Assembly: GCA_964016885.1 (NCBI GenBank)
Contig: OZ024742.1
Coordinates: forward strand, 257,176,001-257,240,000
Origin: Eledone cirrhosa
Lineage: Eukaryota
Direction of reading: 5' to 3'
Length of the DNA: 64,000 bases
A program made the position numbers and the translations under genes. How positions within the stretch are numbered: the first letter of the stretch is position 1; each line of letters starts with the position of its first letter. The notes under the pieces are model-generated. The model had not been told where the DNA came from. It searched no databases and saw nothing but the letters and a program-made list of their open reading frames with translations. Shown piece after piece: positions 1 to 13,925 of the stretch.

Positions 1-650
1 AATTCAGCGAGAAACGCATTTCGGCGGGTAGAAAAACCGAAAAGCAACGCAAATTCCGAGTCATGCTAGCAAGCGCTCCATCGGCTAAAGAGACTAGAGC
101 AATAAACATAGGTTATAAAGGCCATACAAACTGAGAAGGCGGTCAAGAAGCCATTAACAACCTAAGCCCCCGAAAACGAGTCAAGCTAAACGAGTCAGAG
201 AAAATAAATGACATATTCCCGCAGACACCTGGAATAGATGGTATAATGCAGTGTAATGTTTCTGCGACACCTAAATCAATAATACTGTCTGCTTAAAACA
301 ATAAACTTTTGGTATAATGATCGAAAAAGGAATATCACGTTATCAACAGGTATTTTCTACTGCGCCAGTGTTTGGGATGACACAGCGTTTTGTAAAAGCA
401 CATGTGTAACTCACAGGGGAAAAAAGACCAGATTTTGGCACATGAATTCAGTATGAGTAAGTCCATGTAAAAAATTGCATAAATAGCACAAATCGAATAA
501 GCTCTCGAACGGTTAGTTTTTAAAATAAACTTATGCAATTAATCAGTCAATATAATTATTTCGGCGGGTAGAAAAAACGAAACGCAACGCAAGTTCCGAG
601 TTATGCTGGCAAGCGCTCCATGGGCTAAAGGGACCAGAGCAATAACATAT
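1..650. repeat. Dispersed repeat with internal ~90-bp direct repeat (about 18-110 and 558-650), ending at (TA)n
   Basis: ATTTCGGCGGGTAGAAAAA...GCAAGCGCTCCAT.GGCTAAAG.GAC.AGAGCAATAA occurs twice, 540 bp apart. A diverged homologue lies at 2935-3150. Confidence 0.75.
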
Positions 651-943
651 AAATATATATATATATAGGCTAACAAAGTTCTTACGTTGCACAACTGAAA
701 CATGATCAGTGGTAATATTATCATGTTTCCTCCTATTGTGTGATATTGTAGTATTTCGGTATTTTTTATTTTATTTATTTATTTATTTTTGTATCCGACT
801 CTGCGCATGCAGATGTGCACCGAATGTACTTTGTTAGACTAGTGTTCTGGTATCTCGAATTAGTACCATTGAACCACACGTATTATAAACAACTTGAATA
901 TTTCTACAAGTACATTGTACCTGTTGAAGTATCCATCCACTTC

Positions 944-978
<35 letters not shown>

Positions 979-990
979 TTATATATATAA

Positions 991-1071
<81 letters not shown>

Positions 1072-1352
1072 TATATATATATAGAGAGAGAGAGAGAGCG
1101 AGAGAGGGAGGGATATAAAGAATGATTAATAAAACAGGTAGACACCATAAAAAGGTAATTTATTCCGAGTGTTTACTGATGTGTCTTTAGTAGTTATGCA
1201 AATAGGTAGTTGTTTATTTGCAGATACTCAATATTCTGACGCTGTTCATACCACCAATTCGTCAAAACGAATGGCTGGATTATGTTTTATTTATATTTCT
1301 TACAGGGGGTAATTGGGCAAGATAGAGTAGAAAAGAAAAAGAGAAAGAGAGG

Positions 1353-1437
<85 letters not shown>

Positions 1438-1684
1438 TGCAGGGGTAGGAGAAATGGGAGAGAGTGGTTTGAAGAATACAGATAGCTTAATCTAAATGTT
1501 GTGAGAGGGGTACAAGTGGTTTTATTGTACTGCTTACTCTCAAACTGACAACTTAGGCATAGTGTAGATATTGTCAAGTTTGGAATTATTTGTTGCCACA
1601 GAGAGCAGATTAATAGATGTAGAGAAGGAAGGAGATATACAGAGAGCGAGAGAGAGAGAGAGAGTGATAAAGGGAGAGAGAGAA

Positions 1685-1727
<43 letters not shown>

Positions 1728-1941
1728 GAGAGAGAGAGGGCGGGACAGAAAAAAAGTTAAGAGAAGGGGAAGGAAAGGCGATATACACCGAGGTGATAGT
1801 TGTAGTTTGCTGATCGTACGTCGAATATCCAGTGTAGTAATTAATCTTTACTGCATTCAGGATAATCCTAACCATTTCTTGCATAACCTAATATATATAT
1901 ATAAGTATATAAGTATGTGTGTGTGTGTATGAATTTTTATT

Positions 1942-1989
<48 letters not shown>

Positions 1990-2886
1990 AAAATAGGGAG
2001 TGGACGATCTGTCTTACCTTTTTCAATTTATTTGTTACTCCCCACGTAAAAAGGAATTTGGTGTTGCATTTAATAAATTACACCTCACCTTCACCCCATT
2101 TCTTCCAATGTGCAATCGACAAAAACTCAGTAATTTACTTGAATTTCTCTTCTTATGAACTCAATGGAGATCTCCAGAGACCTAGGCATTTTCTCTCCCT
2201 ACATCTCTTTCAATGTTTATACATACATATATATATATTTGCTCTCTATGTGTTCAGAGATGGAAGAGGATGGTCTGATGTAAGTATAAACACACTTGAC
2301 AGCGCCCCTACTACTTCATCAATCGATATATAATCAGTAACAGTCAATAGTTAAGGAGGACATTTTACGAAATATTCTATATGAGACTTTAGAGAATTTA
2401 TTCAATATCACGAATATTTTCAATGCTTAATGATGTCTATACTTAATGTATTTAACTTAAATATTTTTTGTTGAATATCAAAGAATAATTAAATAAATTG
2501 CATTGTCGATATTTGTCATCGATGTAATATTTTCTAAACATTTTTTTCTGTCTTTAACATATTTATGTATACGATTAAAAATAATGTTTATATATTACAT
2601 TGCATCTTATACTAAAACACATAATAAAATCTGATACGTCCTCAAATAATTATTGATCAAACACTTAACAGATTTATAATATAATAAAACTTATATAACA
2701 TCACATCTTATCTTAATTACACGATTAAATTAATTTTAATTGACGTTCATTTCAATTTATAATTTATATGTGCGTGAAAATAAAAAAAAATTAAATCAAA
2801 CACACAATTAAACACTTTATCTATCATGGATAATAATTTATATTTGAGACTATGATTGAATATTTCAATAATACGTCATAGGTATA

Positions 2887-2933
<47 letters not shown>

Positions 2934-2934
2934 A

Positions 2935-3150
2935 ACTATCGAGATTCGCATTTCGGCCCACGAAATAACGAAAAACAACCTCCGAGATGTGCGGCAAGTG
3001 CTCAATGATTCAGATGAACCAGAACTATAACAAACGTTAAAGGCCAAACACACTGAGACGATGGTTAAACAATCATTCGCATAGCCAAAAAAAAAAAACG
3101 ATCAAGTAATTCGGGTATTGAAAATTTACAGGGAAGAGTCCTATGCAATG
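2935..3150. repeat. Diverged copy of the 1-200 repeat, abutting (TA)n
   Basis: GAGATTCGCATTTCGGC...AAAGGCCAAACACACTGAGACGATGGTTAA aligns by eye with GAGAAACGCATTTCGGC...AAAGGCCATACAAACTGAGAAGGCGGTCAA at 9-150. Confidence 0.6.
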
Positions 3151-4483
3151 TGCGGAGGTAGTTACGACAGCCTATCAAGACCAAACGCCTTTTAGATCTG
3201 ACGTAAATTTGCCCTGTTTCCTCAGAACAATGCTCAAGAATACAGGTCCTGTCTGCTGTGCATAACTGTGGCATTGGGCAGTTTACTCAGCCACTGCCTG
3301 TTTTCCTGATTAGGCCCATCTTACTATCAACAGTTCTCCCACATGAAAAATAATTAGCTGGGAATCAATGTCGTAGTGTTGCTGATGGTATGCTTGCTGT
3401 GAAGGACTTTTTTTTTACAGCGCAATGGGAGCTATGCTGTAAAATAAACCATTTTTGGTCAAATTCCTTGATGAAATCGTGGTCACTCTACGGATCATTC
3501 CACCAAACCTCGTAGTGACACATGATTCGATACGTTACATAATATAATACCTGTTCATGGGCCTATGAAATCTGGATTATTACACAAACGATTACTTCAT
3601 ACTGCTAGTGAATATCATACAAGTCTTCTGAGAAGGTGTAAATATATTTTAGTTTGTATATATGGCAATAATGAATATACGCGTAATATGTGCATTATTA
3701 CTTATCGGCATCCGTAGAAAACTGAGCAACCAGTCTTTAAATGTATGTGTTCTGGTTTGGGTGCACGCAATCAGCCAAACATTGCTGCACCTTTATATTT
3801 CATTTGTAGGGAGTGGCCATATAAATTCATTTATGATATTAGTTGACGGCGTTTGATTGATTTGAGGGTGACACCGTTAATAATTTGCTAGTGACGGAAT
3901 GGATGGGAAGCTGAAACAAATGAGACGAAAGGAAAGACTGTAGGAGCTAATTTTGGTTAGTATATGATGGGCCTTTGATCTTTATCAAAGCCATTTGTAG
4001 TCAAAGTGATGTCTCTTTCAGTGTATTACCAGGACATTTGGAAATCTTGTAGACGTGATACGTACAGACAGATGGGGGTGTCAAATTATATGTACTTGTT
4101 GTAATTGTTTTATACGTGGAGGGCCTGAGTTTGAATTAATCGGAGTACACGTGAGGAAATTAAACTATTTTTGCTAATTTTATCCGATGAGTATTGTTAA
4201 TAGAGTTCATTTGGTGAATTTATGAGTATTTAGGGTTGATAGTAATTCATAATTTCATTAAGTCTTCAAGAATCATGTGTTGGGTGGTCGTAAGGTTTTG
4301 TAACTTACATTGAGCGCAGTGTATAGGGAGTTTGTTAGTCGGAAATGTAGTGTAGCTACGGAAAACTGTCTAGTCTAATAGGGATGAGAAAATTAGATAT
4401 CAGATAAATCTCATGTATTTTGCCCTCTCTCTCTCCCTTTCTCCCCCCCCCCTCCACACATATGTATATATCAAAGGTATATA

Positions 4484-5091
4484 TTGAATTAGAAACTCAA
4501 AATAGTCGCTTACGAAACTGGTCCCATAAGATTTGAACACATATATGTATATATCGGTGTTTATCTTTCTTTAATATTCAATTATAATATACGGCTCGGA
4601 AAAATCTCTTTCCTAGAGCTATTTTATTGTAGGAGACTATTTTGAGTGTCTAACTCAATATATACCTTTGATAAATTCGGCTCCGTTAATTTGTTGAGCA
4701 AATTCAAATGTCGAGTAAACCTGGCTGCTATTTTTAGTGGAGTGAGTTTGTGAGACACGCTAAGTTCCGATACCATGTGCGTTATTATATATACACACAC
4801 TATTCAGTTTTTTTAATATACTTAGAAGTGAGCAGGATACTAATCCTTCACCCACTGACGAGCAAGAATCTGTATTCTCTTCACAATGAACTTGCGAAAC
4901 AGCATAGACACACGCTGTCTGTGTGATTGGTAGTCAACACAATTCCTGTTTGTATTTATTTTCTTGATTTATCCTTAAATTGAGTCTGGCAAACTCTATT
5001 GTCCATAGTTAGTACTTTTTTCACCTTAGCGAATCTGGTCACCTTACGATTTGAACACATATATGTGTTTATCTTTCTATTATTTTCAACT

Positions 5092-5093
<2 letters not shown>
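4484..5093 (+). mobile_element. PLE pLTR remnants (two partial copies, same family as 7615-8055)
   Basis: 4940-5070 is homologous to 7900-8040, and 4585-4660 to the reverse complement of 7615-7690. It contains a hammerhead and ends at (TA)n. Confidence 0.65.
4848..4926 (+). ncRNA. Type-I hammerhead ribozyme, canonical core, branched stem II
   Basis: TCACCCA-CTGACGA(4855-4861)-GCAAG...CTTGC-GAAA(4896-4899)-CAGC...GCTG-TC(4918-4919)-TGTGTGA. GUC site and G10.1-C11.1 pair are present; stem I has one mismatch. Confidence 0.85.
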
Positions 5094-5143
<50 letters not shown>

Positions 5144-5876
5144 GTTTAGAAAATGTAAGAATCTCAAACAGAATATTGTATAAAGTTTACATTTTAGTAA
5201 ATATAAACGGAATATGTTTTAATAATACACGTATTTGTTGGTTGATAAGTTACAGTTGCATAGTTGTGTCATATATATTTACATATAAGAAGTGTGATGG
5301 TGTGAGATCCTTAGATATCATAATTGAAATTATCTTATTACTAGTTGTAACTATTCAATTTAGATTTACTTTAGATTTAGGATACATTCGGAAGAGTCAT
5401 GGTACACGTTTGCATTTAAAAGAAAGTTGGCACAATTAGAATCATGTTGTGCATTAGAATATAGGAAGGGTTGCATGTGAGTACGTAGACACACTATAGG
5501 ATTGTGATTATCCTGATTATTCAGTTGTAATGTCATAGTAAATCATTGTTGTAATGTTAACTCCTATGGCGTTTCCCTGGCTTTCTTCACACATTCACAA
5601 TGAGATCGTGCGAATGAGTTTTCCGAGAAGTTCAAGTAGTCCGGGTTTTGCACCAAATAGTAGATACGTCTTGAAAGTTAGACATGGAAAGAAAATATGT
5701 GGTTAATATAACTGAACTGGTTGTATAGAAGGTAAGAGCATTATATATGAATAAGCTTTCGAGTTAATAGAGTTCGTTTACTTATCCCTGCCTACACATT
5801 GATGAATTAATTATTCGTCTGAATTAAAAAAAACATTATATATATATATACAGAGAGAGAGAGAGAGAGAGAGGGG

Positions 5877-5913
<37 letters not shown>

Positions 5914-5984
5914 TGAGAGGGAGAGAGGGGGAGACTGAGAGAGAAGTGGAGATATACAGAGAACGTTTGAGAGAGAGAGAGAGA

Positions 5985-6094
5985 AATGACTTCTGCAGGG
6001 CGAGAACTGTTTCATTCGAATGATGCCATCGGGAATATCCATCATTCCTGATGATTTCATGTGAAAAAATACCTCTAGGCCTGTAGAAGTCATT
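5985..6094. mobile_element. Fold-back pLTR remnant with degenerate hammerhead (family of 36757-36868)
   Basis: Inverted arms AATGACTTCTGCAGG... and ...CCTGTAGAAGTCATT. ATTC-CTGATGA-TTTC...CCTGTAGAA matches 36810-36852. Confidence 0.6.
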
Positions 6095-6119
6095 GATTGA
6101 CGATCGATTTTCGTCAAAT

Positions 6120-6300
6120 CGGACCGAGGAAACAAAGTTTCCATTGGTCTTTCCAATTGCTAATACAATATATCGGTCTCAACTCCAGGTAAAAGGAGCA
6201 ACGTGAAATAAAGGGTCTTGCTCAAGGACATAACGCATCGCCCGATCTGGGAAAGGAACTCACAACCTCACGGTTGCGAAACCAATCCTCTAACAAATCA
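6120..6300 (-). mobile_element. tRNA-derived SINE fragment
   Basis: Minus strand reads GTTAGAGGATTGG...GAGTTCC (A/B-box-like), then TGTCCTTGAGCAAGACCCTTTATTTCAC. Similar pieces occur at about 14620-14730 (-), 16910-16990 (+) and 31800-31930 (-). Confidence 0.55.
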
Positions 6301-6363
6301 GCCATAGAATATATATAATAGAATATAAAAATGCCTTTTTTCTACCAATGTATATAGTGCATT

Positions 6364-6418
6364 TCTTCTTCTTCTTCTTCTTCTTCTTCGTCTTCTTCTT
6401 CTTCTTCTTCTTCTTCTT

Positions 6419-6449
<31 letters not shown>

Positions 6450-6552
6450 TTCTTCTTCTTCTTCTTCTTCTTCTTCTTCTTCTTCTTCTTCTTCTTCTTC
6501 TTCTTCTTCTTCTTCTTTTTCACCTCCTCCTCCTCCTCCTCCTCCTCCTCTC
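6364..6552. repeat. (TTC)n/(TCC)n microsatellite
   Basis: Direct reading. It explains the poly-K and poly-F ORFs. Confidence 0.98.
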
Positions 6553-7210
6553 TTCTACAGATTGTAAAGCCAATAATATCAGCTAGACCCAAGGATAAAG
6601 GGAGGTAAGCATTATCATGTTCGCAATGGTTGTATTTCATTAAAGTAACGGATTTCTAATAAGATGTTGAAGTAATATAAAATGACACATTTGAAACTTC
6701 AATATCTGGTCATTGATGAAAAAATAATGTCGCTTAACCACACAATCTGCTTATCGAATTGTAGTTATTAACTTGCGTTCCCTATAAACACACGCATTTC
6801 AAAGCTCTATTCATGATTTAAAAAATTCCCAAACGGTGAATTAAGCGAAACCAAATTTTACACACCTTTTAAGTAAATTCATTCGAAGTTTATAGTTGTA
6901 TGCGTATGCAGTTTAGAAAACATGGCTGTTAGCCACTCTTGCATATGTGACCAATAACAAGAGCAACTATCATTAATGATGCGGATAAACACATCGGAAA
7001 AAGATCGATCACATTTTTTTGGTTGGTGACAGAAATAATAGGAAAGCCACTTTATTTACTTTTCCCGTGACTAAAAATCTAACTTGACGTTACATATAAA
7101 TACATGAATTTTTATATAAAATTAATATGCAAATCAGGCCGATCACTCAATGTATATTTTAGAATATATCATATATGTTCACTAGCTCTAACAGTTGGCA
7201 AATTAACAGT

Positions 7211-7260
7211 GAACTGCACTGATGAATGGCAATGCCCAGAAACATTAGTGACTGCAGTTC
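7211..7260 (+). ncRNA. Compact type-I hammerhead with mutated cleavage triplet (U16.1A)
   Basis: GAACTGCA-CTGATGA-ATGGCAATGCCCA-GAAA-CATTAGTG-AC-TGCAGTTC: 8-bp stem I and quasi-palindromic stem III. Confidence 0.75.
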
Positions 7261-7372
7261 TGTTTCATGCCAACACAAGAGCAAGAATCAGGGTTTCATT
7301 CTACAGACATGGCTTAAAAGACGTTGCTTGCATTATTGCAAATGAATCGAATATTATTATTAATATTCGAAT

Positions 7373-7462
7373 TGACTTTGCCTTTCATCCTTACGGGGTC
7401 GATAAAATAAAGTACCAGTAATGCACTGGGTATTTGCTGGCCTTGTGCCTAAAGTAGAAACA
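7373..7462 (+). mobile_element. 5'-truncated Nin/Deu-domain SINE with 17-bp TSD
   Basis: GACTTTGCCTTTCATCCTTACGGGGTCGATAAAATAAAGTACCAG. TSD ATTATTAATATTCGAAT at 7356-7372 and 7463-7479. Confidence 0.85.
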
Positions 7463-7572
7463 ATTATTAATATTCGAATAAATCAGATTACACACACACA
7501 AACACACACTGACACACAAACACACAAACACACATACACATACACACACACGCACACACACACACACACACG

Positions 7573-7609
<37 letters not shown>

Positions 7610-7614
7610 TATAT

Positions 7615-8055
7615 AGAGTTATAAACTCAAAATAGTCTTTTACAATTAAATAGCTCAAAGAAAGGAATATTTCCGAGCCGTGTAATACAAACGAATATAT
7701 GATAGGGATAAACACTGATACAAGTATACATGTGTTCACATTGCAAATGACCAAGTTAGCTAGGTTGAAAATTACTAATTTAAAATAATACGGTTTGCCT
7801 GTCTCTATTTAAAATAATAAATCAATAAAAATAACAAACCTATATTGGCAATATTGCGAAACAAATTTAAAATGTGTCCGGGTATCACGGCCATTGCCAA
7901 TATAGGTTTGTTATTTTTATTGATTTATTATTTTAAATCGAGACAGGCAAACCGTATTATTTTAATTAGTATTTTTCAATCTAGCTAACTTGGACATTTG
8001 CAATGTGAACACATGTATACTTGTATCAGTGTTCATCCCTATCATATATTCATTT
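7615..8055. mobile_element. Fold-back pLTR insertion (arms about 7690-7852 and 7893-8055)
   Basis: Inverted arms of about 160 bp. The spacer holds a hammerhead 3' half (TTGC-GAAA-CA...TG-TC-CGGGT) homologous to 4891-4925. Flanked by TA repeats. Confidence 0.75.
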
Positions 8056-9082
8056 GTATATATATGATGATAATCATGCTAGTTCATCCAAACCATCGAT
8101 CTTTACCTTTTTCTGTTGATCGATCTCTATTTTCTTCTCTCTTTCTTTGTTCATTTTTCTCTATATATAACTACCTCCATGTATGGGGAAACAGCATAAG
8201 CATGTGTGTGTGTATGGCCAAGTAAGAGTTGCGTGTCTCTCATTATGTGCACAACTGCCGGTGATCTGTTGTTCTCATGTACCTCCATATATTCTCTTTA
8301 AAAAACAGAATGGATTCAATAAAATTATTTAAAGTAAAACTCTATCGGTTTCTAAACGCACAATTACATAATAAATTATGGCCTCGTCAACTGGAAGCCA
8401 CTGTCCTTAGATGTTAATTACGCATATGCATCTATCAACACACAAGCACCTTAAAAACATCGATCCACACTACCCTCTATACAATAGAATATTTATGGAT
8501 GCTTGCCCTACAGACTACCAATGCTGGACTGGATGTTAGAGGGAAATAGCCTTTACTGCACGCAGGAAATAACTGATAAAGACATTAATGCATTAATCAA
8601 CAGTTTCATAACTCTCTAGGAACCAGATCGGTTGGCTACCGACTGAGTAGCCTGAATCCATTTAGTGAACTGACCCACGCATATCGACTACTATACTACC
8701 ATACCAGAATTATCACTTCGTATCCTATGTCTACTGACCTATCACTGATGGGATTCATACGGATATATGCTTTGCTAAATGCCGATATATAAATACATCT
8801 TCACTGCAGCATATCAAGAAAAGCAGACTTTTGTATATTTATATAGGCACTTAGTCTCTTACGAAAACGTATTGAATAATCGTTGAATAACGAGATTTCT
8901 GTACCTACGAAATGTTCATAAGATGACGACGTAATACAATAACACGATGTTGAATATGTTATACCGCCTCTCATCCTTGTTTTATATTGATACTCATTCT
9001 GATACAATACACATAATACCAGGTGACAACCCGACCGATTACAACCCCGTTGGGTTGATCGATTGGATCAGGCAACTTTGAT

Positions 9083-9135
<53 letters not shown>

Positions 9136-9402
9136 GCAATGGAACGAACTTTACCCAATACAATGGACACAGCTTCGGTCGTTTCCTTTCTCACTCAATA
9201 CTTTAATTAATTCCTGATTATTGAAATTTGAATCGAACTGATTAGTGTGTACGCTTAAACGTTAATCAGTTAGGAAGACGACTTCGTGTTGGTAGGAAAT
9301 TTGAGTTGATCGATGCTCCAACTTCTACGATTCGGATCGGCTGGCGATGGTCCAAATGGATCCACCATGTATAGAGATTAGGTAATATTATTATACATTA
9401 TG

Positions 9403-9561
9403 TGGTGAATTTTGACGGTTTCGGTAGAGGGTTGGACGCCATACTTTCTAGCATAGTTACGTCCCTATACGGTCTGAGTTCAAATCCCGTCGGGGTTACT
9501 TAAAATAAAGTACCAGTAATGTACTGGATAATTGGTGGCTTTGTGCCAGAAGTAGAAACAG
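9403..9561 (+). mobile_element. Nin/Deu-domain tRNA SINE with internal deletion
   Basis: B-box GAGTTCAAATCCC, AAATAAAGTACCAG and 3' end AAGTAGAAACA. Degenerate TSD TTATTATA(C/T)ATTA(T/C)GT. Confidence 0.8.
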
Positions 9562-10654
9562 TTATTATATATTACGTAATTAGGCAGGAAAGGTTTCGTC
9601 ATCTGGGGTTTCACTCATTGGACTGGAAGGTTTCTTATGGCTATCTAGTTCACTGGGTTGTAGTAGTCATTCTCAAACTTTCTGTGACGCGTGACGGTAC
9701 ATATATTTCACTAGAGGCGATTCCCTTTTATTGTATCAATTAAATTGTTGTATAATAGCATCTACTTGTTATATTGATGGAACGTAGAATATACTTCACT
9801 TTATTTTCATTACCGGAGATTCACTCCTAATACGGCACAGAAAAATGGTTATGTGCATATTGGTAATTTATATAATTTACTATGTAATTGTGCGTTTAGA
9901 AACCGATAGAGTTTTATGAATACATTCTGTTTTTGAAAGAGAATGTGCCATTTATTTTAATGCAGGATACAACTTCTAGAAAATAGATATATCAGAACAA
10001 AGATAAATTAAATGTAGAAAGAGATTTGCAATACAAAGTAAAGTCACAGGAGAATTAAAATATACGTTTCTTTCATGTAAACTTACGAATGTGTAACAAA
10101 TAAAATAAAATATACATTTATATGAAATACATATTAAACTATATATATAAATATAAACTATTGCGTGAGATTTAAATGGATGTGTTGTAGACAAAAAGTA
10201 ATTAAAAGCTCATTAATGTCGATAAGTAGCGGAACCGAGACATGGGTCTCATCCCTATACATAGAACTTGCAAATGAGATGGAAGTGTGTGAATGAGATA
10301 AAGGGGCTCGAAGTATGTAGGGAAAGTTGTGTAGATAATAATTATTGTAGTTCATGTTCATGGCAATAAAGGACCACTGATTAACTTTGTTTATTTGTTT
10401 TTATCTTTATAATGTGGCATACTTATATCGACTTTAGATGTGATTCCCTGGTGACTATATGAAATGGTACGTCAGACATACTGACTCGCGCTGAATACAT
10501 CTAGATTAACTACAAATAATTCAACTTGCGTACGAAAGAATGTAAGGAAAATAAACAAAGGAGAAATAGAAAACAAGAAATATAAAGTAATGGAAATAAT
10601 TAAGCCTGGGAAATGAATATATCGTAAGTTGATATAGATGGAGAATATGTGTTT

Positions 10655-10685
<31 letters not shown>

Positions 10686-13325
10686 CACGCATGCAGACAC
10701 ACACGCACACACAAACACACTGCATATATATATACACATGCATACATACATACATACATACATACATACATACATACATACATACATACATACATACATG
10801 CATACACATGCAATCATACACACAGAGACATGCATACATGCATGCATACATATATACATACATGTCTGTACATTTACACATGGTTATGTAAATATACACC
10901 CGATGATATGTCAGACAATTCGTAAATGAATGTAGAATACAATGTATATGTTATATATTAAAGATGTTAGTAAATAATATCGTATGTACTGTATACATAT
11001 CGGCATTAGATACAGGTTGATATTGGAATATATGTAACTAATCTCAGAATAATATTAGGTGGACATTTTGGAGATCGATTATGCGTTGTTCATAGAGACG
11101 TGAGATGTGCTGTAAAGGATGTTTACCAAACATAAATTAATGCATTTATTAGCAAATTTAGCTAAGTGTCACGTATGCTATTATGGTAAAATCAGTGTGA
11201 AATTAAAGAGAAGGAATTCTTTAGCGTATTTGCTGTGACAATGATATATAGGAATGTAGCCCAAACTCTATGAGAAGGATCGTAAGGTGGTAAACGTATG
11301 ATAAGATATATAGATAAGAGCAATTATTTCAAATTATTGAAGTATAACTTGATACAAACTATGGAGTTTATTCTGCATCTATTATGTGGATTTTTAAAAA
11401 TATCTTTTCATGTGACATACAAGCTTTTAAATATGGTGCTTGCTTACGTAAATAAGGTTGATACCTAATAATGAAGGCAATGCCTCGCTCAATGTCTATA
11501 ACTTGAAATATCTCCATTTTTCTTATTAATTAGGTCTCCATTGTGTTTTATACTTTCCATAAATTCAGTCGTACATAAATAGTGTGATCCCCAGGGATGT
11601 TAGAATATATTGGTCTACATACCGAACATGTTATTTTATTTTTGTTTAATTCTACCGTAGTATTAAGATGAAAAAAAGAAATATGCTATAGTGTTAACAA
11701 TACCCACAACGAGCTTTTCTCCTTGTATATATATTGGTGTGCACGTGTGTGCCTATTGGGGAAATACATTGTTTTTATTTGTCTCGTATCTGTATACAAA
11801 CTCCCTAATCTAGAAACATTAAAAAAAGATATTATCGATATCAAGTGTCTTTTTATTATTCTGAATATCAATATATTTAATAGTAAATCAATCCCCGTTA
11901 TTCTTTTAATACAGATTAAAATCTATATATTAAATTACGAACATCCGAGTGTTTCTTCTAATCATTTCACTTTCTTCAATTATTTTCGATTGAAAGTGTC
12001 ATGCGACTTCAAACCTGGATGTTGTACATACAAATTAAGAGTTATGGATCTTCCGATTATCGTCTTGTACATAGTTTCTACTTCCATGAAATCAATAGCG
12101 CCATTTTGTGTTGATATTCGGAAGATTTAATGCCTCAATAAATGTTTCATCAAAGGCTCCAATTAATTAATGTACAAGAGTGAAAATTGTTTCCGATCTA
12201 GAAAATTAGTTTTCTCACAGGTGTTATGAAATCAATCGAAACTCACAATAGAAAATACAAATTAATTGGACATCAGTCGGTTCCGACGAAGAATGTTTCA
12301 GTGAAATGTTGACAAACAAACTAGAGTGATAATTCTATAGATAAGTGTACACAAAGTAACTCTTAAATAGGTATAAGATGGCAGACTGTGGGACAAAGGC
12401 TGGCCATTAAATTAAAATACATGCCCAGTCAACAGACTTTGAAACGCCGTTTAACTCACACATCCTGGATTGACAAGAGTCAGTGGTATATGACACTTGT
12501 TGAAGGTGTCACGCAGTGGGCTAGATCCCATTACTTAATAATTGCGAAGTGAACATTTTAAATATTCAGCAATGCAACGGCCACAGAATGTTAGATATGT
12601 AAAATAATTTTGGACAATTGTGTTAGCACAACAAACATCATGTTTGTTCAATGAACTTTGAAAACAATAACATCTCACGCTTGTCCTTTTCAGTGTAATT
12701 AAACATTTACTTTTACAGCTAACAACATTCTAGAAATAACTGCCCATGAATGAGATGTATCTCATTGGATTTTGTTTTGATGTTTTAATGAGAAGCATTC
12801 CAATCGTATCATGTTTTATCTCCCAATTATGTCGGTTAAACTGTCTTTCTATGCGGTTGTATTTCATAGAGCATTTGGCGTGCATTTTAATGAAATGTGT
12901 CCTATTCCAATCGCGGGAAATAAGACTTCTTGCTCACGTATACAACACATCGCTCCTTATTGAAATCGAATCCACGATTGTAGAATTATCAGCTCCACCC
13001 AATAGCCACCGGGCTACGTTTCTTGATGATATAACGCAGCAAGGGTATTCTAGATAATAGAAATATAAACTTCCTGAAACTAATATATTTCGGAATAGGT
13101 TAGAAATCTTATTGTATAATACATATTAAATATATTATATAATTCATATATTACTAATTTCAAAATGCAAAGTGTTTTTGTTTTTATCTTCAAAACATAT
13201 TCATTTTAATATTAGATTATTGATGCACATTTATATTTTCTGTTTGTGTCCATTCATTATCCATAAAATGAAAATGAATTGCTTATCAATCTGCAACGTG
13301 ATATTGAGAATATAAATACAGCAAT

Positions 13326-13925
<600 letters not shown>

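Noticed and set aside
3560-5820. Possible very old minus-strand PLE endonuclease remnants (about 4150-4400 and 5350-5750)
   Set aside because: Only faint motif resemblance with many stops, too weak to call.
7690-8055. Palindromes as MITEs or miRNA precursors
   Set aside because: The arms are homologous to single-orientation pLTR copies elsewhere and include hammerhead halves, and I saw no transposase-type termini.
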